Positions 33,577 to 43,877 of a DNA stretch of 64,000 bases are shown piece by piece. Source of the DNA: a bacterium (GTDB taxonomy: Bacteria > SM23-31); assembly GCA_965249485.1 (NCBI GenBank), contig OZ252239.1:1024001-1088000 (forward strand). Direction: 5' to 3'. The position numbers and the translations under genes are program-made. A model generated the notes under the pieces. That model worked only from the letters and a program-made list of their open reading frames with translations, had not been told where the DNA came from and made no database searches. Each line of letters starts with the position of its first letter. The stretch's first letter is position 1.

Positions 33577-34953
33577 TTATCGAATCAGGAGCACCTTATC
33601 TTGCGGCGGGTACAACCATTCGATGCCGCGTTCCGTGACCAGCACGTTTTCTTCGATGGCGACAGTGATCTTTTTTCCGTTCCATTCGTCCGCCGGTACG
33701 TAAATTCTGAATTCCAGGGAAAGGAAGGCGTTAGGCATGACTTCGTATTTGCCCTTTTCGCCCATGGTAACCCCGGCCCCCACATCGTGGGCGCGGTTGC
33801 CCATGCCATGCATCCCGACATGCACTTCGATACTCGGGACGTCACTGGCGCGTTCCACTTCCGTGTAGACATAGCCGGCGTCTCGAATGATTTGTTTGAG
33901 ATCATCTAATTGCTCCCGACCGGTTCTTCCCGAGCGAACGTTTTTTCGAATGATCTCGCGGACTTTCTTGGCTTCTCCAAAAGCCTTGAGGACACCAGGC
34001 GGCGCCACCAGTTCCCCTTCTTTGAGGACATAGGCGAAACGCTTAATATCGGTAGCAAAATTGTTGCGATTGAGTCCCCAATCGATAAAGATGACATCGC
34101 CTCGCTGGATGACGCGTTCCTTATCCCATCCATCGATAATGGTTTGATACCCCTTGAAATCAGGTGATTGTGGAAATGCAATACTTGGAACCCAGGTTCT
34201 CCGTAAACCCATCGCTTCCCGTTGTTCCTCCAACCACCAGACGACATCATGGTAGGTCGTCTTTCCGGGCGTGATAACTTCGTTGGACAAGGCACGTTCA
34301 ATTCCTTTTCGTGTGATTTCAGCAACCTTGGAGAACTCGATGATTTCGCCGGCGACGTGCTCGCCGTGAAAATCGGCGATGAGATTTTGCGCGGATACGA
34401 AGCGTTCGGCATATTTTTCGCCCAATTCCTTTACGAGGAACCTGTAATCCGTGTAGGAAAGACCGTCAGCGGTGCGCGCTCCTCTCCGGTTTGTAGTATC
34501 GAGGTAATTCAAAGCAATTCGTTTCGGGTCGCGGTCATAGACAATTGATCGAAGTAAATCTCCACCTCTGGATAGGTGATCTACCTTTCCCGGGAAATCA
34601 TCGTAGACACCGCACATTTCAGCCAGATCAGAACTGCCGGGGCCACCGAGGGAATACCTTTCGATGCGGTCACCACCACCCCCATCGTAGAAGACGTAAA
34701 AGCCCTGACCGTAAGCGCTCTCAATGCCAAAATCGAGCATCATCGGATCGGTGCCGCGACCTGAATCAATGACGATCCACATATCGATGTTGTTGCGACG
34801 CATTGCCTTTGGGAGTACGTAGTCGAATTTGTTTTGGCGGATCATGCAGGAGCTTTCCCAGAGTGACCTAAAACTCTGAGCCGTTGCTTAACCAGAAAAG
34901 CCCAACAACAACAGCAAAGAAAAGATCGCATATAAAACTTGTCGAGTAAACAT
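33577..34953 (-). pseudogene. M24/Xaa-Pro aminopeptidase-like protein, TAA at end of signal peptide (34888)
   Basis: ATG 34953 gives MFTRQVLYAIFSLLLLLGFSG*ATAQ, in frame with ORF 33577-34845; DWG, TD, HGMG, LEF, EEN ligands present. Confidence 0.8.
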
Positions 34954-35073
34954 AATAGAACCTTCCTTATTTTGCATATATTTCCAGATTAATTTTCTGA
35001 AAAAAAATACATTGGATTTGTGTTGAAATATGACGCTTATTGAGACGCGATGTACTTGGTTAGATTGTATTGA

Positions 35074-35142
35074 AACTTATGATATACATATGGCTTTTAC
35101 AAGTGTTTTCTACTCTCGAAACTGTACGATTTGCGAAGCTTT
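35074..35142. repeat. Junction repeat, full copy
   Basis: ttttacaagtgttttctactctcgaaactgtacgatttgcgaagcttt. Confidence 0.9.
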
Positions 35143-35146
35143 ACGT

Positions 35147-36610
35147 TCAATGAATCAGTAGAATTTTCTCATTTGGCGGATGGAGAAATTCAACTCCCCG
35201 GCTGGATACTACGTGATTACCTGATATACTAATGAGAAGTGGAAAACCGGGTCTTTCGGGAAGATTCGTATGAACAATATATTCCAGAAAAATAATTTGA
35301 TTCTCCTGAAACTTCAAATGATTTCGGTCCGATCGAAACGGCGCAACCATAGGGCCGACCGATATATGAGTACCTCCCGTAGTAAAGTTACCATTATGAA
35401 TGCCCTGCGTATTGAGATCAAGGGAAAATCCTGATCTGTCGGTATTAGCCAGTGCTTTCTGTGCAATTTTAACGTCTTCCGCGTGAATATCGATAAAGGG
35501 TGTATGTATATAGCCAGCATCTTCCATGGCTGAGATGATATCTTGAAAAGTTTGACCTGCGGTTTTGCCTACTTTTAATTGTTTCCGAATAATCGTACGA
35601 GCGCCAAGTGCGCGATCAAAGGCGTGTTGTATACTCTCAGGAACGCCTGATTCTCCTTCCCTCGTAATATATGCAAGACGTTTATAAATTGTCGCAAAGT
35701 ATTCCAGATAATTTATTCCAAGATCATACGACAAAAAATCACCACGCTGCAAAACATAGTCATTGCGATTGATCCACCAATTTGGGTCTCGAGCATCAGG
35801 TGAAGAAATAAGTTCAGATTGTGCTGAATAGAGAACCCCTGGGATGATTATACCGCCAACCCTGTCCTTTTTTATTAAATCTTTCTCATAAAGCTGCTGC
35901 TGAACCCACCAGCCGACGTCTTCCACCGTCGATACACCCGGTGTGATAACTTCACGAGAAAAAGCACGTTCAAGAATCTGTCGATGTATTTCAGCAGCAT
36001 TTGCAAAGGCAACGACTTCTCTCTGAGTCCTGCGCACCCTGAAATCGGTAATCACGTTCTCTGCAGACACTATTCTTTCTGAATACTTTGACCCTAAAAT
36101 TTTTTCCAACTTTAAATATTCGGAATATGATATTCCATCTGCCACAGCGAGCCATTCGGATGTATTGACCGCAATCGTTTTTGGATCACGTTCGGCAACC
36201 AATGCTGTCATTTCGTCGTAAACCCTTGGGTCCTGATGACCAAAATTATAACCAGAAATAGCTCGTGCAATGTCACTGGAACCAAATATGTCAAAAAAAT
36301 CGGGATGTCCTCCACTGCCAAAAAGAGCCCGCTCTATCCTGTCTCCACCCCGGTCGGTGAATATTAAATAGCCTGACGCCGATCCAAAATGCAAAGCCAT
36401 TGGATCAGGGTCTCCGGCACGAATAACATGAATCCACATATCTACATTATTATCTCTCATTGCACCCGGCAGAATAAGGTCAAGTTTTTCTTTCCTGATC
36501 AAATGAAGGATCTCTTGATGGGACTTTGCCGTCAATACATCCGTCTGCGCATGAGCAACAGGTACTGTAAACATCACAGAAATTAAAAATACCATAACTC
36601 GAGATTTCAT
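35147..36610 (-). CDS. M24/Xaa-Pro aminopeptidase-like exported protein
   Basis: Family motifs and signal peptide. Confidence 0.87.
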   Translation of the reverse strand: MKSRVMVFLISVMFTVPVAHAQTDVLTAKSHQEILHLIRKEKLDLILPGAMRDNNVDMWIHVIRAGDPDPMALHFGSASGYLIFTDRGGDRIERALFGSGGHPDFFDIFGSSDIARAISGYNFGHQDPRVYDEMTALVAERDPKTIAVNTSEWLAVADGISYSEYLKLEKILGSKYSERIVSAENVITDFRVRRTQREVVAFANAAEIHRQILERAFSREVITPGVSTVEDVGWWVQQQLYEKDLIKKDRVGGIIIPGVLYSAQSELISSPDARDPNWWINRNDYVLQRGDFLSYDLGINYLEYFATIYKRLAYITREGESGVPESIQHAFDRALGARTIIRKQLKVGKTAGQTFQDIISAMEDAGYIHTPFIDIHAEDVKIAQKALANTDRSGFSLDLNTQGIHNGNFTTGGTHISVGPMVAPFRSDRNHLKFQENQIIFLEYIVHTNLPERPGFPLLISISGNHVVSSRGVEFLHPPNEKILLIH

Positions 36611-36743
36611 GACTTTTTCCTCACTTGGTTAATCTGATATTATTCATATCAATACTTTGAAAGATAATAAGTTTGGGTTTGTGTTGAAATATTATGTTTT
36701 TTAAGATGGGACAATATGGTAAGAATGTATGTGAATTATGATA

Positions 36744-36815
36744 TAAATGGTAAGATATGTAATTTACTATTACAAGTGTTTTTTACTCTCGAAACTGTAC
36801 GATTTGCGAGCGTTT
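36744..36815. repeat. Junction repeat, full copy
   Basis: atggta-17-ttacaagtgttttttactctcgaaactgtacgatttgcgagc. Confidence 0.9.
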
Positions 36816-36841
36816 GAAGTGGGAGTCTATTGAAAGCCGGA

Positions 36842-37603
36842 TTATTGATTTTTAAAAAACATTCGAATATATAGTATTCTTAAGATGAAAAAAGTACCTA
36901 AAGCAGCGAATACATGCTTGCAGGCATGCCCACTTATAATTCTTCCTAAATCGTAAACCTCTCCATCAAGAAATTCAAATATCTTACTCATTCCATAAAA
37001 TACCAGTGAAGTAATAATATTTCGCAGATAATTTCTCGGACCTTTAAACATGAATAAAATTAAAGGTACTAAGATCACTGACAAAAATTGAACCAGGCCA
37101 TACAATCTCAAGTCACCTATACCCTGATTCTCAGACCAATACCAATACAATACACTGCCCATTCCGATTATTAAGAGCGGGATAAGTAGGATAAGTCCAG
37201 CCCTGAGCTCTACAGATTCAGACACAACTAAGCAAAAAAAGGCCATAAAAGCTATTGTCATCGGTAAACGATCCCATAGAAGGGTGTAATTAGATGGGGC
37301 AAGATGATAATAAGAAGAACCAATACTGACCAAAAAAATACCGGTAAAAAAAACTAAATAATTTATAAGGACATATTCACCACGGTTCTGTTTTATCAAC
37401 AATCCAGTAAATCCAATCCCGAATAATCCGACTAAAAGAAAGGGGATATTAGATAAGACATTGAGCGCATTATTTATCCCAAAAATGGTTCTCTCATCTG
37501 CAAATTCATGATATACAAGGTTTTGCGGTATGGGTTTCACGAAGAGTATAATGAGAATCGCAATCAATGCGATTGCAGTTAAAAAGAGCGTTTTATTTCT
37601 CAT
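36842..37603 (-). CDS. Alkaline (phyto)ceramidase-like membrane protein
   Basis: YHEFADER, NVLSNIPF, GSSYYHLAP, WDRLPM, SGHACKH. Confidence 0.8.
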   Translation of the reverse strand: MRNKTLFLTAIALIAILIILFVKPIPQNLVYHEFADERTIFGINNALNVLSNIPFLLVGLFGIGFTGLLIKQNRGEYVLINYLVFFTGIFLVSIGSSYYHLAPSNYTLLWDRLPMTIAFMAFFCLVVSESVELRAGLILLIPLLIIGMGSVLYWYWSENQGIGDLRLYGLVQFLSVILVPLILFMFKGPRNYLRNIITSLVFYGMSKIFEFLDGEVYDLGRIISGHACKHVFAALGTFFILRILYIRMFFKNQ

Positions 37604-37742
37604 AAAATGATTTTATGGCATTTTTGATATAATTCAACAGAAAAACTCAGCTGCAGACCTCAATATCTTCAATCCCTTCATAGAAACTGATATTTAATAT
37701 AGAAACACGTGTATATCGTCTGGACAAGTCCGACACTACTTA

Positions 37743-37813
37743 AAGATATTAAGAGATACATATGGCTTTTACAAGTGATTTTTACTCCTCGGGCTGTACG
37801 ATTTGCGAAGCTT
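37743..37813. repeat. Junction repeat, full copy
   Basis: atatta-17-ttacaagtgatttttactcctcgggctgtacgatttgcgaagc. Confidence 0.92.
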
Positions 37814-37818
37814 TACGT

Positions 37819-39249
37819 TCAATGAATCAGTAGAATTTTCTCATTTGGTGGATGAAGAAATTCAACTCCCCGGCTGGATACTACGTGATTACCTTCTATA
37901 TTAATGGAAATCGGAAAACCGGGTCTTTCAGGGAGATTCGTATGAACCTGAAATTCAAATGAAAAAAGGTAATTCTCCTGTATTTTCAAATGGGCACGGT
38001 CCTGCCGAAACGGCGCAACCGAGGGTCCCAGAGTCACAAGGCCGCCGGTGCTGTAAACCTCGCTGTTAAGATCGATAAAAAATCCCGACTTATCGGTATC
38101 AGCCAGCGCCTTCTGGATCTCCACATAGCCGTCTGTGCTGATATCGTTAAACGGTACACGTATATAATCAGCATTTTCCAGAGATGAGACTATTACTGCT
38201 AACGTTTCACCGGCGGTCCTGCCGACTTTAATATTTTTCCGGATGATCTCACGGGCTTCTAACGCTTTATTGAAGGCATATTGAATACTCCGGGGAACAC
38301 TTGTTTCTCCTTCCTGCATTATATAAGCGTTACGTTTAAAATCTGTCGAAAAGTAGTCCAGATAGCGGACTCCTACTTTAAACGTAAAAAAATCACCACG
38401 CTGCAATACATAGTCAGTATGATGGATCCACCATCGTACATCGGGCGGATCGATACGTTCGGATTTTGCCGAATAGAGAACCCGGGGGATATCTACTCGG
38501 GTACTATACCCATTTATTAAACCTCGCTTAAAAAACTGCTCCCGGACCCACCAGCCCACATCCTCCAGCGTCGTTACACCCGGTTTTATTACTTCACGGG
38601 ATAATGCGCGCTCGAGGATTTGACGATGAATTTCGGCAGCATTTGTGAAGGCAGCAACTTCTCTTTGAATCCTTCGCACTCTGAAATCGGTGATCACGTT
38701 TTCTGCAGAAACAATTCTCGCCGAATATTTCGGCCCTAAGATTTTTTCCAGTTTTACATATTGAGAATATGATATACCGTCTGCCACTGCAAGCCAATCA
38801 GATGTATTGACAGCGATAGTCTGCGGATCACGTTCAGCTACGAATTCTCTCAACTCGTCGTAAATCATGAAGTCTTGCGTTCTGTAATCATACCCTTCGA
38901 TTGCCCGTGTAATTTCGAGAGAACCACGTATATCAATATTTTCAACAGCCCCGCTGCTGCCAAACACAGCCCGCTCGATCCTGTCCCCCAGATCGGTATA
39001 AATCAGATAACCCGACGTAGATCCAAATTGCTCAGCCAACGGATCGGGGTCTCCCGCACGGGTGACGTGAATCCACATGTCCACATTGTTGTCACGCATG
39101 GCTCCCGGCAGAATAAGATCAAGTTTTTCATTCCGTATCAGACGAAGAACTTCTGAACCGGTCTTTGACGTATGTACCCCCGGCTGCGCATGAGCACATG
39201 GCAGGGCGAACAACACGGAAAATAATAGTACCATTACCCGGATCATCAT
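37819..39249 (-). CDS. M24/Xaa-Pro aminopeptidase-like exported protein
   Basis: Family motifs; close paralog of 35147-36610. Confidence 0.87.
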   Translation of the reverse strand: MMIRVMVLLFSVLFALPCAHAQPGVHTSKTGSEVLRLIRNEKLDLILPGAMRDNNVDMWIHVTRAGDPDPLAEQFGSTSGYLIYTDLGDRIERAVFGSSGAVENIDIRGSLEITRAIEGYDYRTQDFMIYDELREFVAERDPQTIAVNTSDWLAVADGISYSQYVKLEKILGPKYSARIVSAENVITDFRVRRIQREVAAFTNAAEIHRQILERALSREVIKPGVTTLEDVGWWVREQFFKRGLINGYSTRVDIPRVLYSAKSERIDPPDVRWWIHHTDYVLQRGDFFTFKVGVRYLDYFSTDFKRNAYIMQEGETSVPRSIQYAFNKALEAREIIRKNIKVGRTAGETLAVIVSSLENADYIRVPFNDISTDGYVEIQKALADTDKSGFFIDLNSEVYSTGGLVTLGPSVAPFRQDRAHLKIQENYLFSFEFQVHTNLPERPGFPISINIEGNHVVSSRGVEFLHPPNEKILLIH

Positions 39250-39346
39250 ACCTATCTCCTTTCCTGAAAATCGTTGCTTTTAGCCGTCATGAATTAGTTA
39301 CATAATTCGAGTCCGGCCACAGTCAAAGCAACTGATCACAAAAATA

Positions 39347-40900
39347 TTATCGTTCCAATGCTTTCCTTCTTGGCATCATTTCATCACGCATTGCCGATCG
39401 ATACACAAATGCGGCAATTATCGCGGCGTTAAGTTTCAGGGCGTCCTCTGACACATAATCGACGACATCCATGTTGGTATGTATCTGCGTCGTGTTATAA
39501 TTATCCGGATCCTGGATCCAGGAATATGCCGGGATTTCCAACGCATCAAAACCAATATTGTCGGTGCAGCACCCGGATTCAACGGATACCGTTTCAGCAC
39601 CTACGACATGAAACGGCTCGAGATATCTTTCAAAAATCGGTCTAATGGCCTCATTACCATGAGTAGATATTCCTCGAATTTCTTGTCCGTTATTGTCGTG
39701 ATTGTAAAAGATCGATATGCGTGACAATTCATCTCTGTCCTCGCTGGTAAAAATATCACCGACATATTTCTCGATATATGCTAACGAGCCACGCATTCCT
39801 TGTTCTTCACCACCCCACAGCACAAGACGTATCGTGCGCCGGGGTTTGATATCGAGCGTATTCAAAATACGAACTGCTTCCATATTTGTAGCTGCACCGG
39901 CGCCATTGTCTGCAGCGCCCGTCCCGCCATGTTGTGAATCAAGATGACCACCAACCAGCACCAGCTGACTCTTCAATTGATTATCGGTACCGGGAATTTC
40001 TGCGATGACATTGGTATGGTAATCGGGGTTTTCATTGAACATGACGTTTAGGTGGAGCTTCAATATTATCGCCACACCTTTATCAAGCATTCGTACCATT
40101 CTGGCATGCTGCTCTTGGCTGATCGAAAAGCGGGGCACCGGTTTCATCTCACTCTTTTTGCTGTATCGCTGCTGCCTTACATCAAGTACCCCGGGAGCTT
40201 TGTTGCTTCCACGTATAACCGCAGCCACGCCTTCATCCAGCAAAAATTGATTGATCCTATGGGCTTCAGATTCCCCCTGATTCAATCTGTCATGTAACAT
40301 TTCTCTGGATGGCTTAACATTGTTGGAGCCCAGAACAGCGCGAACAGGATATGGATTTAACTGGCGTTCAGCTTTCGCCAATACTTCGTCAGTGAATATT
40401 CCTTCGGGAACGTCCGGCTGTGAACGAAACTCAGGAGACATCAGAATCTTCCCGCGCAACTGACCGCTCAATTCTTTCAGGGCTTCCAGGGAGTTATGGT
40501 CTACAATGACAGGTGGACCGGTCACTTCTCCATTCGTACCGATCGTCCAGGCATCCGGCATCGCCGTTATATTCATATATCGAGGTGCGATCATCTCAAG
40601 GGAATATGACTCAATTTCCCATCCGCGCAGATCTTCACCATACGAGTCGAAATGTACGTTCTCAAGATTCCAGCTTTCCAACCGCTGTTTGGCCCACATC
40701 GCTGCTTCGTAATAGGCAGGGCTTCCAGACAAGCGCGGGCCATATACGTCTGACAGGTAACTCAATGTCTCCATTACTTCCGAATGCTGGTACGCCTCTT
40801 CTTTAATGCGGGCGACCATATAGGATTCAGTTGTTTCCTGAGCAAAGCAATCCAACGCGGTCAGAGACACAATAATAAGCACAATAAATTTATTTTTCAT
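39347..40900 (-). CDS. M28-family exported peptidase
   Basis: YGPRLSGS, GGHLDS, GAADNGAG, WGGEEQG, IHTNMD. Confidence 0.9.
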   Translation of the reverse strand: MKNKFIVLIIVSLTALDCFAQETTESYMVARIKEEAYQHSEVMETLSYLSDVYGPRLSGSPAYYEAAMWAKQRLESWNLENVHFDSYGEDLRGWEIESYSLEMIAPRYMNITAMPDAWTIGTNGEVTGPPVIVDHNSLEALKELSGQLRGKILMSPEFRSQPDVPEGIFTDEVLAKAERQLNPYPVRAVLGSNNVKPSREMLHDRLNQGESEAHRINQFLLDEGVAAVIRGSNKAPGVLDVRQQRYSKKSEMKPVPRFSISQEQHARMVRMLDKGVAIILKLHLNVMFNENPDYHTNVIAEIPGTDNQLKSQLVLVGGHLDSQHGGTGAADNGAGAATNMEAVRILNTLDIKPRRTIRLVLWGGEEQGMRGSLAYIEKYVGDIFTSEDRDELSRISIFYNHDNNGQEIRGISTHGNEAIRPIFERYLEPFHVVGAETVSVESGCCTDNIGFDALEIPAYSWIQDPDNYNTTQIHTNMDVVDYVSEDALKLNAAIIAAFVYRSAMRDEMMPRRKALER

Positions 40901-41004
40901 TCTGTCCTCCTCTGCGGGCTGAAATACTGTCAGTTTCTTCTTTTAATTTTCTATGTGTTTGGGTCAAAAACTACACCGCTTTTTATCCGGTTTTATCTTT
41001 TCCA

Positions 41005-41160
41005 CGGTGGGAAATCGGAAATGACATTGTCTGCGGATACAAATCTTTCAGTATATTCCGGCCCTAAAATCTTTTCCAATTTCAGATATAGGGTATGCGA
41101 TATCCCGTCAGTTGCCGTGAGCCGATTGGAATACTTTACTGCTATCGTTTTCGGATCACG
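41005..41160 (-). pseudogene. Internal fragment of an M24-like paralog
   Basis: Minus strand reads RDPKTIAVKYSNRLTATDGISHTLYLKLEKILGPEYTERFVSADNVISDF. Confidence 0.8.
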
Positions 41161-41186
41161 GACTGTATGTGACGTTTTGCGAACAT
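41160..41186. repeat. Junction repeat, right arm only (longer variant)
   Basis: ggactgtatgtgacgttttgcgaacat, same variant as 63811-63836; abuts stop at 41187. Confidence 0.8.
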
Positions 41187-42635
41187 TTAGCGAATGAGAT
41201 GAAGCTCTATAGGCGGTGGAGAGAAATACTCGACTCCTTGTTCGGTGACAATTACACCGTCATGAAATCGTAACGATAAATATTTGTCTTCACCCCATTC
41301 GGGCATCGGCACAAAGACCCAGTATTCAAAAGAGGTGTGGTGATTGAGCTGGAGCATCAAATCTCGCTGCCAATCGGGACCTATAGGGCCAATTCTGGGG
41401 GCATAAATTCCCTTTCCGAGAGCGTGCAAGTCGAGGGGAACCATGGTTATATCTAATTCCACAAGTTCTTTCGTGACAACGTGTGTATTTAGATACATAA
41501 ACCCTGCTTCATCAATTTTTCTCTTGAGAATTTCAAATGTTTCACCGGCAGTACGGCCCACTTTGATGTTATCTTCTAAAACCTTACGGACTTTCAATGC
41601 ATCTTCCCAGGCTCTTTTGATTTTTGGCGGTGGTTCAGTCTCACCTTCACGGAGCACATAGGCGTACGCATCCTCAACCTCATAGAAATTCCCGAATTTC
41701 CACCCTGATTTCAGATAGTGGTGACTTTGTCTACCCTCCCCGGATGCAATCAGGTCGCCTCTCTGGATCACATAGTCACCTCTTCTTCTATTTCCGTCCT
41801 TATCCACGGCAGAAGACCACCCTTCAAGATCGCTCACTTTAGTTACGCCCGGAACGATTTTAGCAAATTCTCTCTCTACAGATTCTGTGATCCAGTTCCG
41901 TATCTTCTTAAACATCTCGATTTCGCTCGGCACCCGTCTCGATACGTAATCATACATCAGAAATTCAGCCGAGATCATCCTCTTCGCATACGTATTACCA
42001 AGAGCTTTGACCAACAGGTTGTAGTCTGTATGCGAAATGCCATCGGATCGTAACCGTGGAATCTCATACACCAGAGGAGGTCCTAGCTTTTCGAGGTAAT
42101 TGACCGCAATGCGTTTGGGATCACGTTCGGCAACCAATTCTCCGACACCTTTGAACCGGTGATCGAATTCCGTTGCCGCGCCACCAGGCTTTTCCTGCCG
42201 TAAAAAATCTTCGGCGATTATGTCATACGCGCCACTTTCTTGAACCACATCTAAATATGGGGTTCTAACTAAGCTTTGATCTAAAATTTTCCATCTATGA
42301 CCGATTACCGCCCGTTCGATCCTGTCGCCGCCACGGTCTGTAAAAACAAAAACGCCATTGTTACTGCCCAATTCATCTCTCATCGGATCAGGACTACCTT
42401 CTCGCATCACATGAATCCACATGTCGATATTGTGATCCCGCATGACCTGCGGTAGGATGAGGTCAAACTTGTCCCGGCGAATCTGACTAATCAATTCCTT
42501 TATTTCGTCTTCTTCCTGAGTCTGTGCTTTTGTCATTGCCGTTTCAGTTGATACCGATTCAGCCATTTCCGAACTACAGAAGCTCAGAAATATGGACAAA
42601 TAAATGATTGTATAAAAAACTTGTCGAGTGGACAT
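41187..42635 (-). CDS. M24/Xaa-Pro aminopeptidase-like lipoprotein
   Basis: MRDHNIDMWIHV, DLHALG, FEY; MSTRQVF...LSFC leader. Confidence 0.87.
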   Translation of the reverse strand: MSTRQVFYTIIYLSIFLSFCSSEMAESVSTETAMTKAQTQEEDEIKELISQIRRDKFDLILPQVMRDHNIDMWIHVMREGSPDPMRDELGSNNGVFVFTDRGGDRIERAVIGHRWKILDQSLVRTPYLDVVQESGAYDIIAEDFLRQEKPGGAATEFDHRFKGVGELVAERDPKRIAVNYLEKLGPPLVYEIPRLRSDGISHTDYNLLVKALGNTYAKRMISAEFLMYDYVSRRVPSEIEMFKKIRNWITESVEREFAKIVPGVTKVSDLEGWSSAVDKDGNRRRGDYVIQRGDLIASGEGRQSHHYLKSGWKFGNFYEVEDAYAYVLREGETEPPPKIKRAWEDALKVRKVLEDNIKVGRTAGETFEILKRKIDEAGFMYLNTHVVTKELVELDITMVPLDLHALGKGIYAPRIGPIGPDWQRDLMLQLNHHTSFEYWVFVPMPEWGEDKYLSLRFHDGVIVTEQGVEYFSPPPIELHLIR

Positions 42636-42780
42636 AAATGAGTCTCCTTCATTATAGTATATATTCCCACTATCAATCCTCTAAAAAAGAATAATTGGGA
42701 TTTGTGTTGAAATTTGAAGCTTTTTTACGATGTGATATGTTTTGTCAGGGCGTACTGGATTCCATGATATGGTTTATATA

Positions 42781-42850
42781 ATATGGTAAGGTATAAATGT
42801 GGCTTTTAAAAGTCTTTTCTGCTCCCCGGTCTGTGCGATTTGCGAACCTT
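42781..42850. repeat. Junction repeat, full copy
   Basis: atggtaagg...aagtcttttctgctccccggtctgtgcgatttgcgaacctt. Confidence 0.9.
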
Positions 42851-42869
42851 GGCAGTATATTTTGTTGGC

Positions 42870-43234
42870 TTAGAAACTGGCTTGAAGCTCTCCCTTGTAA
42901 AGCCAGTTGATCAGGAATAAAATACCTGTCAGAAGCAGCGGTCCGGATATCATCAGGTATACGGTCCAATGGAATCGTCCCCAGTAAAGAACCTTATACA
43001 TCGCTCCTAACATGATGAACAGTATTCCCTCAATCCATTCCCAGCGCCAAGAGACGACTAGTACAATAATAATGATCGCCGATGGGATTAAATGCATCAG
43101 CAAAGCGAGAGTCATATTCCAGAATCCTTGGCTTTCATCAAACACTCAAGGGCAAACATTCTCACGAAGATAACAAATTGGAGACATAGAATCCTGGGTG
43201 ACCAGAATAACAGTCGATTTAATGAGCTTTTCAT
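42870..43234 (-). pseudogene. Small membrane protein, frameshifted near 43148
   Basis: MKSSLNRLLFWSPRIL... then GFWNMTLALLMHLIP...W in another frame. Confidence 0.6.
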
Positions 43235-43877
43235 GGTGACTCCTTTCTTACCATACGCCTTTATTTTTTCTTTTCGAGATTAATGGTTTAAATTATTAAA
43301 GGTGGGGAAAGTTGCGATACTTTTTACTTGTTGAATTGTTGGCGAGTATCTTGGCTGGGAAAATAAAAGGACAGAAGAGTCGAACAAACTAGGCAAAATC
43401 GAAATACCCTATTTTTACCCGAAATATTCTAATTCTACACACTATTATATAATGGTTCTTATAAACGTCCTGCAAGCCTTAAGCAATGCGCCCATGCAGG
43501 GTCGGCAAATGCCATAGTAGTGAAGCCCAAATATGATAGGCACCATATAACTCTCCATCAAGCATTACATAGCGATTCAAACTTTAATTGCCTGTTAGAA
43601 GGTTTATAACGAATGGAAAGAAGGGTTGAAGAGTGGAAAATACTGAGCTAATCGGAATTACTCATTCTGTCCAACATGTTCTGAATCCCTACAGATTTCT
43701 TGTATTTGTCAAGCAAAAATGAAAATAAAATCTTGACAACATAGGCAGTATTTTGTACTATCTGAGTACCTCAACGACAAATTATTTTTTAATTTCTCCA
43801 GCCCAATTTCCATTATGACCATTATAGAATATGTTTTAAGATAATGATGCCAATAGATATTACCACAGAAGAATATA

